DNA of 64,000 nt from Verrucomicrobiota bacterium (GCA_033762115.1 JANRLX010000019.1:1-64000); one strand, 5' to 3'. Counted from the first letter of the stretch, positions 1 through 11,115 are shown. The notes: a model not told the origin generated them from the sequence alone. Program-made: numbers and translations.

Positions 1-2
1 AC

Positions 3-893
3 CTGGTGAAGCATGGGTATGTTTACATTGCGCAACCGCCACTTTACCAGGTGACGCGTAAAAAGCGGGTGGAGTACGTGGATGATGACGCGCAACTGAA
101 CAAGATTTTGATCCAGCTGGGCAGCGAAGATGTGCGGTTGAAAAACCTGGCGGATGGGAAGGAAATGACCCAGAAACAACTGGCGGAAATTCTGGAACTG
201 CTCTCCTCGCTGGACAAGCTGGCAAATGGTGTCAAAAGAAAAGGCGCTGATTTTGAAACGTACCTTGAAGCACGGGACAAAAAGAGTGGTGAATTGCCCA
301 CCCACCTGGTGAAAATCAGGGAGGGGAATAATGAAACGGTACAGTTTTTCCATAACGAACAGGATTTGAGAAAATTCGGTGAAGCGAACAGTGATTTGAA
401 ATTGTTCGGCAGCGCGGAGGAAACGGAAGCTGCGGAAAAAAGTGATAAAAAGGGAGGGCCATCCCGTCGCGCGCGGCATGAAGAACTGCACGAGAGCAAA
501 GCGATCAATGAACTGCTCCAGAGATTGGAGAAAAAGGGGTTGAACGTGGAACATTACTCCGCCCAGGACAAGCCGCTCTATGAAGTGATCGAGGGAGAAG
601 GAGAGAAGGCTTCGGTCAAACCGTTGTTTTCAGTGGCAGAAATCCTTGTGAGCGTGCGTGAAGCGGGAAAGCGAGGATTGCATATCAAACGGTTCAAGGG
701 ATTGGGTGAAATGAATGCCAAGGAGTTGTTCGAGACCACGATGAATCCCGCGAACCGGAAACTTTTGAGAATTGATTTAACGGATGCGTTCGAGGCGGAG
801 GAGATGTTTACCCGACTGATGGGAGATGAAGTTGAACCGCGACGGCAGTTTATTGAAGACAACGCGCTGAACGTTCGCAATCTGGATATATAA
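3..893 (+). CDS. gyrB: DNA gyrase subunit B, C-terminal part (5' truncated by window)
   Basis: [35 protein letters not shown] motifs; long insertion between them; directly upstream of gyrA. Confidence 0.97.
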   Translation: MVKHGYVYIAQPPLYQVTRKKRVEYVDDDAQLNKILIQLGSEDVRLKNLADGKEMTQKQLAEILELLSSLDKLANGVKRKGADFETYLEARDKKSGELPTHLVKIREGNNETVQFFHNEQDLRKFGEANSDLKLFGSAEETEAAEKSDKKGGPSRRARHEELHESKAINELLQRLEKKGLNVEHYSAQDKPLYEVIEGEGEKASVKPLFSVAEILVSVREAGKRGLHIKRFKGLGEMNAKELFETTMNPANRKLLRIDLTDAFEAEEMFTRLMGDEVEPRRQFIEDNALNVRNLDI

Positions 894-907
894 GTTCCTG
901 ATCCACT

Positions 908-3553
908 ATGGCTGATGAACCGAAGAATCCCGGCGGAGATTTGCCGGTAGGGAGTACTCCTCTTTTTGCGGCAAGCGAAAAGATCGACAAAATCAATGTG
1001 GCGGAGGAGATCAAAGCCTCTTTCCTGGACTATTCGATGTCCGTCATCATTTCGCGCGCGCTCCCTGATGCGCGGGATGGATTGAAACCTTCCCAGCGCC
1101 GCATTTTGTATGCGATGCATGACCTGTCGCTGTACCCGAACAGGCAGCATCGTAAATGCGCGAAGATTTGCGGTGACACTTCCGGTAATTACCATCCGCA
1201 CGGTGAATCGGTGATTTACCCGACGCTGGTACATATGGCGCAACCGTGGGCCATGCGGGAACGGCTGGTGGATGGCCAGGGAAATTTTGGCTCGGTGGAG
1301 GGAGACCCTCCAGCAGCGATGCGTTATACGGAAGCACGCATGACGCACCTAGGGGCGGCGTTGATGGAGGACATGGACAAGGACACGGTTGATTTTGTCC
1401 CCAATTACGATGAGACAAGCCGGGAACCGGTGGTTTTTCCGGCAGCTTTTCCGAACCTGCTGGTGAACGGCGGGACAGGCATTGCGGTGGGCATGGCGAC
1501 GAATCTTCCTCCGCATAATCTCAGCGAGATTATTGATGGAATTTGTGCGCAGATCGACAAACCGGAAATCACGGTCAAGGAACTGATGAAGTTCGTCAAA
1601 GGCCCGGATTTTCCGACGGGCGCGATGATTTGTGGCAAGGAGGGAATCAAGCAGTACCTGGAGACGGGGCGTGGAAGTGTCAAGATTCGCGGAAAGGTCG
1701 GGATCGAGCAGTTAAAGGGAGGGCGTGAACAGCTGGTTATCACGGAAATTCCGTTTAACGTGAACCGCGCGACATTGGTGGAGCGGATTGCGGAACTGGT
1801 GAATGAAAAGGTGATTACTGACATTACCGCCATTCGTGATGAATCGGATGAGAACACCCGCGTGGTGATCGAGTTGAAGCGGGATGGTATTCCGAAGGTG
1901 GTGATCAATAATCTGTTCAAGCATACCGCGCTGGAAACCAGTTTCAGTGTGAACATGCTGGCGATCGATCATGGCCGCCCAAAGGTGCTGAACCTGAAGG
2001 AACTGATCAATTGTTTCATTGAGCATCGGCGTGAAGTGGTCCTGCGCAGGACACGTTTTGAACTCAGGAAAGCGGAGGAACGGGCAGAGATTCTCGAAGG
2101 CTATTTGATCGCCCTGAACAATCTGGATGAGTTCATCCGGATCATCCGCAGTTCGGCCAACCGGGAAGAGGCAAAGGTGAAATTGATGGCGTTCGATTTC
2201 ACGCGGGCGGCTGTTGAAAAACTGGGAATTCTGATCCGGAGCCCTGCGAGATTGACGAATGGCCGTTACGCGTTCAGCGAAACGCAAACAAATGCGATCC
2301 TGGACCTGCGGCTGTATCAGTTGACCGGGCTGGAGCGGGACAAGATCAAGGGTGAATACACTGAATTGATCAAGACGATCGAGGATTTGCTGGACATTCT
2401 GGCCAAGGAAAGCCGCGTGCTGAGCATTATCAAGGAGGAGCTTCGCGTCATCCAGCAGAAGCATGGAAATCCGCGCATGACGGATATCGTGCCTGATGAA
2501 GGAGAAATTGCGATTGAAGACTTGATCGCGAATGAGGGGGTCATCATCACCATCACGCATGCGGGGCTGATCAAGCGCACGAACGTGAGCTCCTACCGGG
2601 CGCAACGGCGCGGCGGGAAAGGGGTGATCGGGATGACGACGCGGGAGGGAGCGGTGGAAGGGGAGCAGGGAGATTTCATCGAGCACCTTTTCACGGCGAG
2701 CACGCATGATTATCTGATGTTTTTCACGAACAGCGGGCGTGTGTATGTGGAGCGCGTGCATGAAATTCCAGACATGGGCCGTGCCGCCAAGGGACGCAGC
2801 ATTGCGAACCTGCTTGAGTTGCAGAGCGGCGAAAAAATCGCAGCGCTTATCCGGGTGGTCTCGAAATATGGGGCGAACAAGGAGGACATTACATGGCAGC
2901 AGGAGAATTACCTCTTTTTCTGTACCCAGCAGGGAACAGTAAAGAAAACTGCACTGGCGGATTTTGCGAATGTGCGCCGAGGCGGGATTATTGCGATCAG
3001 CATTGATGCTGGGGATGAACTGATGGATGTGAAATTCACTTCAGGACATGACGAAGTGGTGTTGATCACGAAGGATGGCATGAGCATTCGATTCAGCGAA
3101 GAGGATGTCCGTTCGATGGGCAGGCCCGCCGCCGGTGTCCGGGGCATTTCGCTGGAAAAGGGTGATGCGGTGGTGGCCCAGGCTGTGGTGGTGGCTGATT
3201 CGACGCTGCTGGTGGCCGGGGAGAACGGGATTGGAAAACGAACTGATTTCGGCGAGTATCGTCTGCAATCACGCGGTGGCAAAGGCATCATCACGATGAA
3301 AACGAATGAGAAAACCGGCGCAGTGGTCGGCGCTCTCACGGTCAGGGATGAGGATGAGATCATGCTTATTACAGTGGGTGGACAGATGGTTCGCACCGCT
3401 GTGAAGGACATCCGTGAAGCGGGACGAAACACGCAGGGAGTTAAGTTGATCAATCTGGGCAGCGGAGACAAGCTACAGGCAATCGCATCTGTGATCAGCG
3501 AAAATGATGAGGGTAGCGCCGAAGGCACTCCCCCTCTGCCGGAAGGAAAATAG
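908..3553 (+). CDS. gyrA: DNA gyrase subunit A
   Basis: RALPDARDGLKP, YHPHGE, AAMRYTEAR (catalytic Tyr), GyrA-box QRRGGKG, C-terminal pinwheel repeats. Confidence 0.98.
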   Translation: MADEPKNPGGDLPVGSTPLFAASEKIDKINVAEEIKASFLDYSMSVIISRALPDARDGLKPSQRRILYAMHDLSLYPNRQHRKCAKICGDTSGNYHPHGESVIYPTLVHMAQPWAMRERLVDGQGNFGSVEGDPPAAMRYTEARMTHLGAALMEDMDKDTVDFVPNYDETSREPVVFPAAFPNLLVNGGTGIAVGMATNLPPHNLSEIIDGICAQIDKPEITVKELMKFVKGPDFPTGAMICGKEGIKQYLETGRGSVKIRGKVGIEQLKGGREQLVITEIPFNVNRATLVERIAELVNEKVITDITAIRDESDENTRVVIELKRDGIPKVVINNLFKHTALETSFSVNMLAIDHGRPKVLNLKELINCFIEHRREVVLRRTRFELRKAEERAEILEGYLIALNNLDEFIRIIRSSANREEAKVKLMAFDFTRAAVEKLGILIRSPARLTNGRYAFSETQTNAILDLRLYQLTGLERDKIKGEYTELIKTIEDLLDILAKESRVLSIIKEELRVIQQKHGNPRMTDIVPDEGEIAIEDLIANEGVIITITHAGLIKRTNVSSYRAQRRGGKGVIGMTTREGAVEGEQGDFIEHLFTASTHDYLMFFTNSGRVYVERVHEIPDMGRAAKGRSIANLLELQSGEKIAALIRVVSKYGANKEDITWQQENYLFFCTQQGTVKKTALADFANVRRGGIIAISIDAGDELMDVKFTSGHDEVVLITKDGMSIRFSEEDVRSMGRPAAGVRGISLEKGDAVVAQAVVVADSTLLVAGENGIGKRTDFGEYRLQSRGGKGIITMKTNEKTGAVVGALTVRDEDEIMLITVGGQMVRTAVKDIREAGRNTQGVKLINLGSGDKLQAIASVISENDEGSAEGTPPLPEGK

Positions 3554-3569
3554 CGCAACGTTTTTGATT

Positions 3570-3600
3570 AAACCGCATGGGGAAACTCATGCGGTTTTTT
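3570..3600 (+). terminator. Rho-independent terminator after gyrA
   Basis: aaaccgcatgg-ggaaac-tcatgcggttt stem-loop running into a T tract. Confidence 0.85.
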
Positions 3601-3689
3601 ATTGCAGCGACCGAATTCATCCCAGGTATGATCATTCCGGTTAGGATTGACTTTATCGGGGACCGTGATTAAAGACGGACTGAGCATCT

Positions 3690-6600
3690 ATGAATTGCCC
3701 CCGATTTCTTTGGGTGGTGTCCGTGCTTCTGATCGCACAGATTTTTCTACTCGATTTTTTGACAATCCCTGTCCGGGGGCAACCAGCTGTTTTTGAAGCA
3801 GTGGAAGCGGATGCGAGCGGGACAGTAAGCCTCTCATTGATTGCTCCTTCATCCAAGTATCACCGGGTCGAGCGGTCATTTGATCTGGAAAGGTGGACCC
3901 CGATAGCAGTTCTGGGGAACACGAACGGGCCTAAAAGAATCAGTGACCCACTCACTTCCACGAATGATGAAGCGCGCTTTTATCGGGCGGTGGAAACTGA
4001 TGGAGGCAATGAGATCCTGGGGTTTCATCCGCGCAATGGAATTTCCGGAACTGAAGTCACATTGGAGGGGCAGTTCCTGGAACCGGGGGAAATTCTTGTG
4101 GAAGTGGGAGGTGCGGAAGCCGAGGTCGTTTCCTCATCGCGAATAAGTTTGCGGATCAGAGTGCCGGAGGCGGCAGGCTCAGGTCCGATCATTGTGCGGA
4201 CGGAAAATGGCAGGATTGCGAGTGGAGTACCGTTCAGTGCGACAGGATTATTGGAGGTGGAATTCGACCCTCCGGCGGGTGTGGCAGTCAATGATTACCT
4301 GCTCGTAAACATGTTTGGAGGTGTCAGCACGAACCTGGACAAGCGTTACCTGGAAGTGCGGAAGGATTCGTTGATGGTGAGCATGGCTGTGGACACAAAC
4401 CGAAACAGTTCCTTTTACGGCGTGAGCTTTTCCACCAATGGGACGTTGAGACTGGGAGTGGAATCGACTGCGCATGCGTTCGTCATGCTGTCACCTGCAT
4501 TGGCGCGGCCGGAACCGCTCATTGCGGAAAAAATCCTGTCGATTATCAGGACGAATATCGCAGTGGGGGAATTGGTTGAGGCTTTGGAAATGGCCTGGTC
4601 GTTACCGGGTGATCCGTTGACGAATGACCTGGTGTTGCAACGTTACACAAATGCGGTGCTGTCAGTCATGGGGAATGCGGACGCGCTCGCGCTGGCCGCC
4701 GGCATCGGGGAGCAAGGTGCGCTTTTTCGACAGGCGGAATTTGAAAGCACTGATTATTCATTGGATCTGGAATTCACAACGATCGAAACGGAAGATGACG
4801 GGCAGGCATTGAGCGTTTTCCAAAGAAAAATTGACAAGGGGATTTCTTCGCGACCGCCTGTTTATAACCCTGTGGACTGGCTGTATGTAATCCAGGAGGT
4901 GGACACGGACGCAGCATTTGTGGATGGACGGATTGATTTCGACCATGCCTGGCAGGAAGGAGTCACGCTGCGGAACTATCCACTGAAAGGTGATTTTAGA
5001 CGATCCGGGGATGTTGAAGCGGAATTGATCGGCGAGCAGTTAAACCCGGTGAAATATTGGGTGGGGCAAGGATTGGAAAAACTGTTTTCACTGCTGTTTC
5101 CGAAGGATGAAACGGTGCATTTTCCGGAGCAGGATGGATTATATCTGTTCAGATCGATCGGGCCTGGTTTTTTCCCGGGGGATGAACTGGAGTTTGCCAG
5201 GGCGCATTATTCGAGTGAACGCAATCGCGCCATGGCGCTGAACCTGATCGCGGCTGTGATGGATTCAATCAGTGTTTTGATTGACCTTGAAGCGTTTGAA
5301 GTGCCTGGCCAAAGGGAACTGCTGGCGAAGTTCACGCTTGAAGTCATCAAGGCGGCGCCAGGAATCAATGACAGTGATGATTTTAAAAAATCAGCGGAGG
5401 ATTTGTTCAGTTTCCTGGTTCAGGAGGTGATCGATAGCTTCCGGGATGACACGTTGAAAGCGCAGGCAAAAGCATTGAGTGAGGAGGCGAAAAAATTGAT
5501 TGGGAAGCGCGCCCAGGTGGTGGCAGCGCACCAGAGCGCAAAAAAATTATCGGCCGCATTGAGCACCGCCAACAAGACTTTGAAGGTCCTGGATATCGCA
5601 GGTGGCATCGGACAGGTGGCACAACGAGTTTATGGCTTGGGGGCGACAACTCCGATGGAGACAGGATTTATCCTGGTGGGTGACCCATTTAAACTTTCAA
5701 ACGTGGAAGCGAACCCGGCGGTGGCGGAGCAGGGAGAGGAAGTTCTTGTGCATTTCACAGGAAGAGGGCTTCACCGAATGTTCAATCCGGCGTTGGGAAT
5801 TGATAAAATCAGTTTCCAGGGAGCGCAGTTGTTCAATGGGGAGGTCATCGATGTTTCAGGGACCATTTCGAACCAGGTGGTAAAGGTCAGGATTCCCACA
5901 AACCTCGGGTCATCAGCAAACGGAAATTATGACTTGTTTGTGCACACTCAGGGAAGGAAAGGTTCAACTCCATTTCGATTGACGTCGGTTCCATACATTT
6001 CTCAAGTGACGCCCATGGCTGGGTTCGCAGCGGTGGAATCCTTTCAAGGAGTGCCATTTGCCGGAACTCAAATCAGAGTGCGGGGCGGTGTGTTCACGCT
6101 CCAGGATACGTTCATGATCGGGACGGGGGATGAGGCCATTACAATTTCCAACAAAAGCGGCAGCGCGGGGAATATTACATTCAATTTGCCTGCGAATGCC
6201 ATTTCGGGCCCGCTACGAATTATTCACCGCGATTTGTTCGGAGAGGAAACTGAAGTGGTGGGACCGGAAATTACAATCTGGCGAGACCCATTAATAGAGT
6301 CGATCAATCCAGGCCAGGGAGCGGTGGGCACACCGATCATCATCAGCGCAGCGAATATTGGAAGAGACCCCGGATTGATTCGTGTGCAATTTTCAGGAAC
6401 GACCCCGGGAAGCGTTTCGGTCCTGCCGAGTGGATTGTTGACAACAGTGGTTCCAAACGGGGCAATAAGCGGGACGATCACGGTGATCACACCTGGTGGA
6501 AGCGCTGGCGGAAGTTTCCTGGTGTTGACGAATGTGAACCAGACGAATGAGTTGGGAGGGTTCATTCAGGTGGGGGGATCATCAGTCATTGATCTGCCAT

Positions 6601-9600
6601 TGGCGGTGCGGTTTGCAGCGGGCGATGCTTACCCGGGAGATGACCCGGATATTTCGTCTCCGCCGGGCGGGCCGACTGAGGTGTTGGACCCACCTTATGA
6701 ACAGGGTGATTTTGTCTCACCGGAAGATCGAGAGCATGCACCGCGGTGGCCAATTGGAGTTGGTCGCCTGGATACGATCGTAATGAACGGGGTGGTGGGA
6801 GGGGATGCTGATTTTTATGGCAGGGACGATTCCATCAGTGGCGGTTCCTTGACTGGAGCAATCACGGTTTCAGGAACAAACCTTAAATTTTCTCAAGTTG
6901 CTTTCAAGGGGCCGGTCACGATCACGGGCAACAGCAATTTTTTTAGCTGCACATTCGAAGGTCCGGTTACCGTTGCGGGAAAAGGAAATGTTTTCGGACT
7001 CAGTACGATTGTCACAGGTCAAATGATCGTGACTGGCACTCACAACAATATTAATGGAACTTTCAGAAACACACCAGGCCATGCATTGATCCTGCAAGGA
7101 AACTGGAACGACCTGCTGGCGGATTTTGAAACGAATTCGGGTGATTGCGTGAGGATCGAAGGAGGTCGATTCAATGAAGTCAGTGTCAACAAATCGCGAG
7201 GCAATCAGGGAAATGGAGTGACCTTGACCGGTGGCGCCGCGGATAACCAGATCAAACTGACATCGGGCGGTTTTGGGCAGGCAGGATTCGAATTAAATTC
7301 TGGAAACCTGCACGGAGTGGCCTTCCTCGGCGAAGCGCGAGATAATATCGTGACCAGCATTGCGGAAGGGATGTCCGGGAACCGCCTGGATGGTGTTTAT
7401 CTGGATGGCGCAGGGGTGATCAATAATCGTTTTCCGAACCTGGTCGCAAGATTCAATGGCAGGAATGGAGTTACGATCACAAACAACGCTGCCAATAATA
7501 TTATTGGCGAACCGAACGCAGACGGCGCTTCCACAGTAATCAAGCTCGAAAGCAACCTGAAAAATGGATTCGCCAATTTCGGCGGAAAGTTCAACAACGC
7601 CGCCGTGAGCGCACGGTTCAACGGGGAGAATGGCGCGTTGATTTCCGGCGTGAAAGATCCGCCATCGGGATCGTTGATTGTGATTCAAACCGGAAGCAGC
7701 AGCAACCCGGGCAATGGCAAGGCAGCGCTCCGGGTGGAAGGTGGAACCACCGGATTACGCGCGATCCTTTCGAGCGTTCGTCGGGACGGGACCGGACTTG
7801 AACTGGACGGGACGGAGGTGGAAGCCAATATTTTTGAAGGCACAGTGCGGCAGGCGATCGGAAACGGTGTTGTGGTCAAGGGCGCTCGAAAAAATTCCTT
7901 TTCGTTGAGAGTGGAGGATTGCGGTGGAACAGGGTTGATCTTTGAGCAGGCGACGGGCAATTCAATCGGACTGCTGGCAATCGAGGATAATGGCGGGGAT
8001 GGAATCCAGTTGATTGCTTCGCATGAAAATCATTTGTTTTATGCACAGGGTGAGCCGTTCACCGCTTCAATCATTGGAAACCGCAACGGGCTGGTGCTTG
8101 AACAGGGTTCACGCCAAAACCGGGTCCGCAGCATGCGCATCACACGCAACCGAGAGAACGGGGTAATCATTGATGGAACCGGGACGAGTGCCAACCTTCT
8201 GCAAAAAGTTTCGATTTTGGAGTCGGGCCTGGATGGTTTGCTGGTGCGAAATGGCGCGACAATCAATTCGTTTGGCGATGCCGTGGATAATCCCAACTTC
8301 CCCGTCCGCACCAGTTCGATCCAGGACAATGGGGGTGCCGGGGTTCATGTGGCAGGACCTGGCACCCGGGATTTCACGCTGGCTGGTTGCATGATCAACT
8401 CGGGCAGCAAAACCCAGGCGATTGGAATTTTAATCGAAGATGATGCGCAGGAGATCAAGCTCACTCACAACACCCTGAATAAAAATATTCATGGAGTGGT
8501 GATTCGGGATGGGGCGAACGGCGTGGTTCTGACAGATTCGATTTTTTCGAACAACCAGGAGACAGGTTTACTTGTTGCTGATGCGCAGGATGTGATCATC
8601 GGAGAGGGTGGCAGCGGTTTTTCCAATACAATCTACACGAATGGAGTGGGGGTGAAGATCACCGGAGGCAATGCCAGCGCGGTAAGAATCCAGAACAGTG
8701 CGCTTTATGGAAACGGGCTTGGAATCGTTATCGATGAGGAGGGGCATGGCAATCTGGTGGGACCGAATAACCAGATTAATGCAAATGGGATTGGCATTTC
8801 ATTGGAGTCGGGAAACAACAATTCCATTTTCGAAAACACAATTTTTGAAAATGTCGGCGCAGGAATTTTCATAACGGGGAATTCGACGGAAAACCGGGTG
8901 ATCAAGAATGAAATCAAGCGAAATGATATTGGAATTTCGATCAGGGGAGAGGGAAGCCTGCGAAACCGGGTCATGAATAATTCCATTACCCTGAATGTCG
9001 GAAAAGGAATTCAACTTTCAGATGGGGGAAACGGCGGAATTCAGCCGCCCGAATTTGCCGAATTGCAGGCGGCAGCTGTGCTTGGAACAAGTGACGCGCC
9101 GGATGAGAGTTATGTCCAGCTTTTCAAGGATAGCGAAGATGAAGGCAGGGTCTTGCTTGGAAGCGGGCAGGTGTTCTTTGGGCGATTCAGAATTCCATTT
9201 GAATTCAGCCGCCCTGAAGTGGGTTTGCTTTATCAATTAACAGCCACAGTCACTGATCCTGAGGGGAACAGTTCTGAATTCAACAGCGGGATTGATGAGG
9301 ATGGTGAACTGGAGAAACTGGCGTTTACATCCACTCGTGATGGCAACGCGGAAATTTATCTTTTCGATCCCAGTTCCGGGACTCCAATCAACCTGACGCA
9401 AAACAGTGGCAATGATCACTCTCCCGCGCTGGTCACTGCTGGCGTGACGCCCTGCAACAAATTGCTTTTTGTTTCTGATCGCAGCGGCAATGCAGATATC
9501 TGGGTTATAAATGCCGAGTCAGGCGCCAGTGCGTTCCAGGTCACCACGAATCCTGCGCCGGATTTAAGCCCGGAATGGCTGGTACCTTGTGAGCGAATCG

Positions 9601-10115
9601 TTTTTGTTTCAGAGCAGGATGGAAATCCTGAAATTTACAGTGTGAACATCGACGGAACAGGCCTTCAGCGGTTGACTACTCATCCCGGGCTCGATCTAAC
9701 CCCAAAAGTTACCGCGAATGGTGCAACGATAATTTTTGTTTCCGACAGGGGCGGCAAGCTTGCCCTTTGGAAAATGAACGCGGCTGGAGGAGAACAGGAG
9801 CCATTGATTTCTGATGAAAATTTGAATTTTAACCCAGCGGTTTCGCCTGATGGCCAATGGGTTGCGTTCATTTCTGAACGGGCAGGAAATCGGGATCTTT
9901 TTGTAAGCACCTTATCTGGAGGGAGCGTTCGGCAGTTGACGTTCAGCAGCGCAATCGAAGGGGATCCGGCCTGGAGCGGCGATTCTCAACGTCTTTATTT
10001 TGTCACCAGATTTGCTTCGGGTGATGAAATCATGACTATTTCACGCCTCGGAGGAGCCGCAGAGCATCTGACTTTGAGCAATGGGGAAAATCGGCAGCCG
10101 ACCATCGGTCGCTGA
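3690..10115 (+). CDS. Giant secreted protein: signal peptide, IPT/TIG repeats, parallel beta-helix, C-terminal PD40/TolB-like propeller
   Basis: Hydrophobic N-terminus; IPT-like 'FHPRNGISGTEVTLEG' and 'SINPGQGAVGTPIII'; many N/G-rich 'GNGVxx' beta-helix turns; PD40 repeats 'FTSTRDGNAEIY', 'PAVSPDGQWVAFISERAGNRDLF'. Confidence 0.85.
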   Translation: MNCPRFLWVVSVLLIAQIFLLDFLTIPVRGQPAVFEAVEADASGTVSLSLIAPSSKYHRVERSFDLERWTPIAVLGNTNGPKRISDPLTSTNDEARFYRAVETDGGNEILGFHPRNGISGTEVTLEGQFLEPGEILVEVGGAEAEVVSSSRISLRIRVPEAAGSGPIIVRTENGRIASGVPFSATGLLEVEFDPPAGVAVNDYLLVNMFGGVSTNLDKRYLEVRKDSLMVSMAVDTNRNSSFYGVSFSTNGTLRLGVESTAHAFVMLSPALARPEPLIAEKILSIIRTNIAVGELVEALEMAWSLPGDPLTNDLVLQRYTNAVLSVMGNADALALAAGIGEQGALFRQAEFESTDYSLDLEFTTIETEDDGQALSVFQRKIDKGISSRPPVYNPVDWLYVIQEVDTDAAFVDGRIDFDHAWQEGVTLRNYPLKGDFRRSGDVEAELIGEQLNPVKYWVGQGLEKLFSLLFPKDETVHFPEQDGLYLFRSIGPGFFPGDELEFARAHYSSERNRAMALNLIAAVMDSISVLIDLEAFEVPGQRELLAKFTLEVIKAAPGINDSDDFKKSAEDLFSFLVQEVIDSFRDDTLKAQAKALSEEAKKLIGKRAQVVAAHQSAKKLSAALSTANKTLKVLDIAGGIGQVAQRVYGLGATTPMETGFILVGDPFKLSNVEANPAVAEQGEEVLVHFTGRGLHRMFNPALGIDKISFQGAQLFNGEVIDVSGTISNQVVKVRIPTNLGSSANGNYDLFVHTQGRKGSTPFRLTSVPYISQVTPMAGFAAVESFQGVPFAGTQIRVRGGVFTLQDTFMIGTGDEAITISNKSGSAGNITFNLPANAISGPLRIIHRDLFGEETEVVGPEITIWRDPLIESINPGQGAVGTPIIISAANIGRDPGLIRVQFSGTTPGSVSVLPSGLLTTVVPNGAISGTITVITPGGSAGGSFLVLTNVNQTNELGGFIQVGGSSVIDLPLAVRFAAGDAYPGDDPDISSPPGGPTEVLDPPYEQGDFVSPEDREHAPRWPIGVGRLDTIVMNGVVGGDADFYGRDDSISGGSLTGAITVSGTNLKFSQVAFKGPVTITGNSNFFSCTFEGPVTVAGKGNVFGLSTIVTGQMIVTGTHNNINGTFRNTPGHALILQGNWNDLLADFETNSGDCVRIEGGRFNEVSVNKSRGNQGNGVTLTGGAADNQIKLTSGGFGQAGFELNSGNLHGVAFLGEARDNIVTSIAEGMSGNRLDGVYLDGAGVINNRFPNLVARFNGRNGVTITNNAANNIIGEPNADGASTVIKLESNLKNGFANFGGKFNNAAVSARFNGENGALISGVKDPPSGSLIVIQTGSSSNPGNGKAALRVEGGTTGLRAILSSVRRDGTGLELDGTEVEANIFEGTVRQAIGNGVVVKGARKNSFSLRVEDCGGTGLIFEQATGNSIGLLAIEDNGGDGIQLIASHENHLFYAQGEPFTASIIGNRNGLVLEQGSRQNRVRSMRITRNRENGVIIDGTGTSANLLQKVSILESGLDGLLVRNGATINSFGDAVDNPNFPVRTSSIQDNGGAGVHVAGPGTRDFTLAGCMINSGSKTQAIGILIEDDAQEIKLTHNTLNKNIHGVVIRDGANGVVLTDSIFSNNQETGLLVADAQDVIIGEGGSGFSNTIYTNGVGVKITGGNASAVRIQNSALYGNGLGIVIDEEGHGNLVGPNNQINANGIGISLESGNNNSIFENTIFENVGAGIFITGNSTENRVIKNEIKRNDIGISIRGEGSLRNRVMNNSITLNVGKGIQLSDGGNGGIQPPEFAELQAAAVLGTSDAPDESYVQLFKDSEDEGRVLLGSGQVFFGRFRIPFEFSRPEVGLLYQLTATVTDPEGNSSEFNSGIDEDGELEKLAFTSTRDGNAEIYLFDPSSGTPINLTQNSGNDHSPALVTAGVTPCNKLLFVSDRSGNADIWVINAESGASAFQVTTNPAPDLSPEWLVPCERIVFVSEQDGNPEIYSVNIDGTGLQRLTTHPGLDLTPKVTANGATIIFVSDRGGKLALWKMNAAGGEQEPLISDENLNFNPAVSPDGQWVAFISERAGNRDLFVSTLSGGSVRQLTFSSAIEGDPAWSGDSQRLYFVTRFASGDEIMTISRLGGAAEHLTLSNGENRQPTIGR

Positions 10116-10179
10116 TTCTTGAACCCTGTAACCGAAGAGTTGACGCAAACGTCAGAAAGAGGGAATCCTCTTGCAAGGG

Positions 10180-10446
10180 ATGAAAAAAGCATTGCGCATC
10201 GGATCGATCCTGCTGGCGATTATTGTGGTGGCGGTCTGGGCAGGGATGGGAGCAAACCGTGGTTGGACGAAGCATTCGGTTGAAGTCAGGACATTGGATG
10301 AAGTGACCGGGATCGAGGCGATTGAGCATAAGAAACAGTTTGTTCCCGGAATTGAAATGCTGGGGGCGGGGCTGCTTTTTTCCCTGCTCCTGTTCGGGGG
10401 CTCTTTTTTGATTCGAACAAAAATTTCGAAAAACAATCCAACATAA
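10180..10446 (+). CDS. Small membrane protein (two hydrophobic segments)
   Basis: ATG at 10180; two TM-like helices; ends 2 nt before the YceI gene. Confidence 0.6.
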   Translation: MKKALRIGSILLAIIVVAVWAGMGANRGWTKHSVEVRTLDEVTGIEAIEHKKQFVPGIEMLGAGLLFSLLLFGGSFLIRTKISKNNPT

Positions 10447-10448
10447 CA

Positions 10449-11063
10449 ATGAAAAACCAACTCAATTATATTCTGGCACTCGGGCTGGCGGTCTCGGCGT
10501 TCGCCGCCCCTCAAACATTCGATTTCAAGGATCCGAAGGGAGTCAATAATGTGGTGTTCAACCTGGATGCTCCCCTGGAAGCAATCACAGGAAGCGCCAG
10601 CGGTGTGTCCGGTACGGTCCAGTTTGACGTGGCGAACCCCGGCGCAACCAAGGGAAAAATCGTGGTGGCGAGTTCATCAATGCATGTGGGGAATTCAATG
10701 ATGAAAGAACATCTCCACAGTGATAAGTGGATTGATGTGGCCAAATATCCTGAAATCACTTTTGAGGCAAAAGAGTTGAAGAACGTGAAAACGGAAAAGG
10801 ATGTAACCAGTGCAGATGCGGTGGGGACATTCACCTTGAAAGGTGTTTCGAAGGAGATGACCATCCCGGTGAAGATCACTTATCTCAAGGACAAGCTTGG
10901 CGCGCGCATGCCGAACATGAAGGGGGACCTGCTGGTGATCCGCTCCAATTTCAAGATCAAGCGGAGTGACTTCAATATCATGCCGGGACAGGCAGAAGAT
11001 AAAGTTTCAAATGAAATTGACCTGACTCTTAGCCTCGCGGGTTACGCGCTGGCGGGGAAATAA
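10449..11063 (+). CDS. YceI family periplasmic lipid/polyisoprenoid-binding protein
   Basis: Signal peptide; 'HLHSDKWIDVAKYPEITF', 'GTFTLKGVSKE', 'IKRSDFNI' motifs. Confidence 0.9.
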   Translation: MKNQLNYILALGLAVSAFAAPQTFDFKDPKGVNNVVFNLDAPLEAITGSASGVSGTVQFDVANPGATKGKIVVASSSMHVGNSMMKEHLHSDKWIDVAKYPEITFEAKELKNVKTEKDVTSADAVGTFTLKGVSKEMTIPVKITYLKDKLGARMPNMKGDLLVIRSNFKIKRSDFNIMPGQAEDKVSNEIDLTLSLAGYALAGK

Positions 11064-11084
11064 ATTAAAACCTTTGTGATTATG

Positions 11085-11112
11085 AGGCGCTGGCTTTGCC
11101 AGCGCCTTTTTT
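11085..11112. terminator. Terminator between convergent YceI gene and carB half
   Basis: aggcgctggc-ttt-gccagcgcct followed by T tract. Confidence 0.85.
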
Positions 11113-11115
11113 ATA

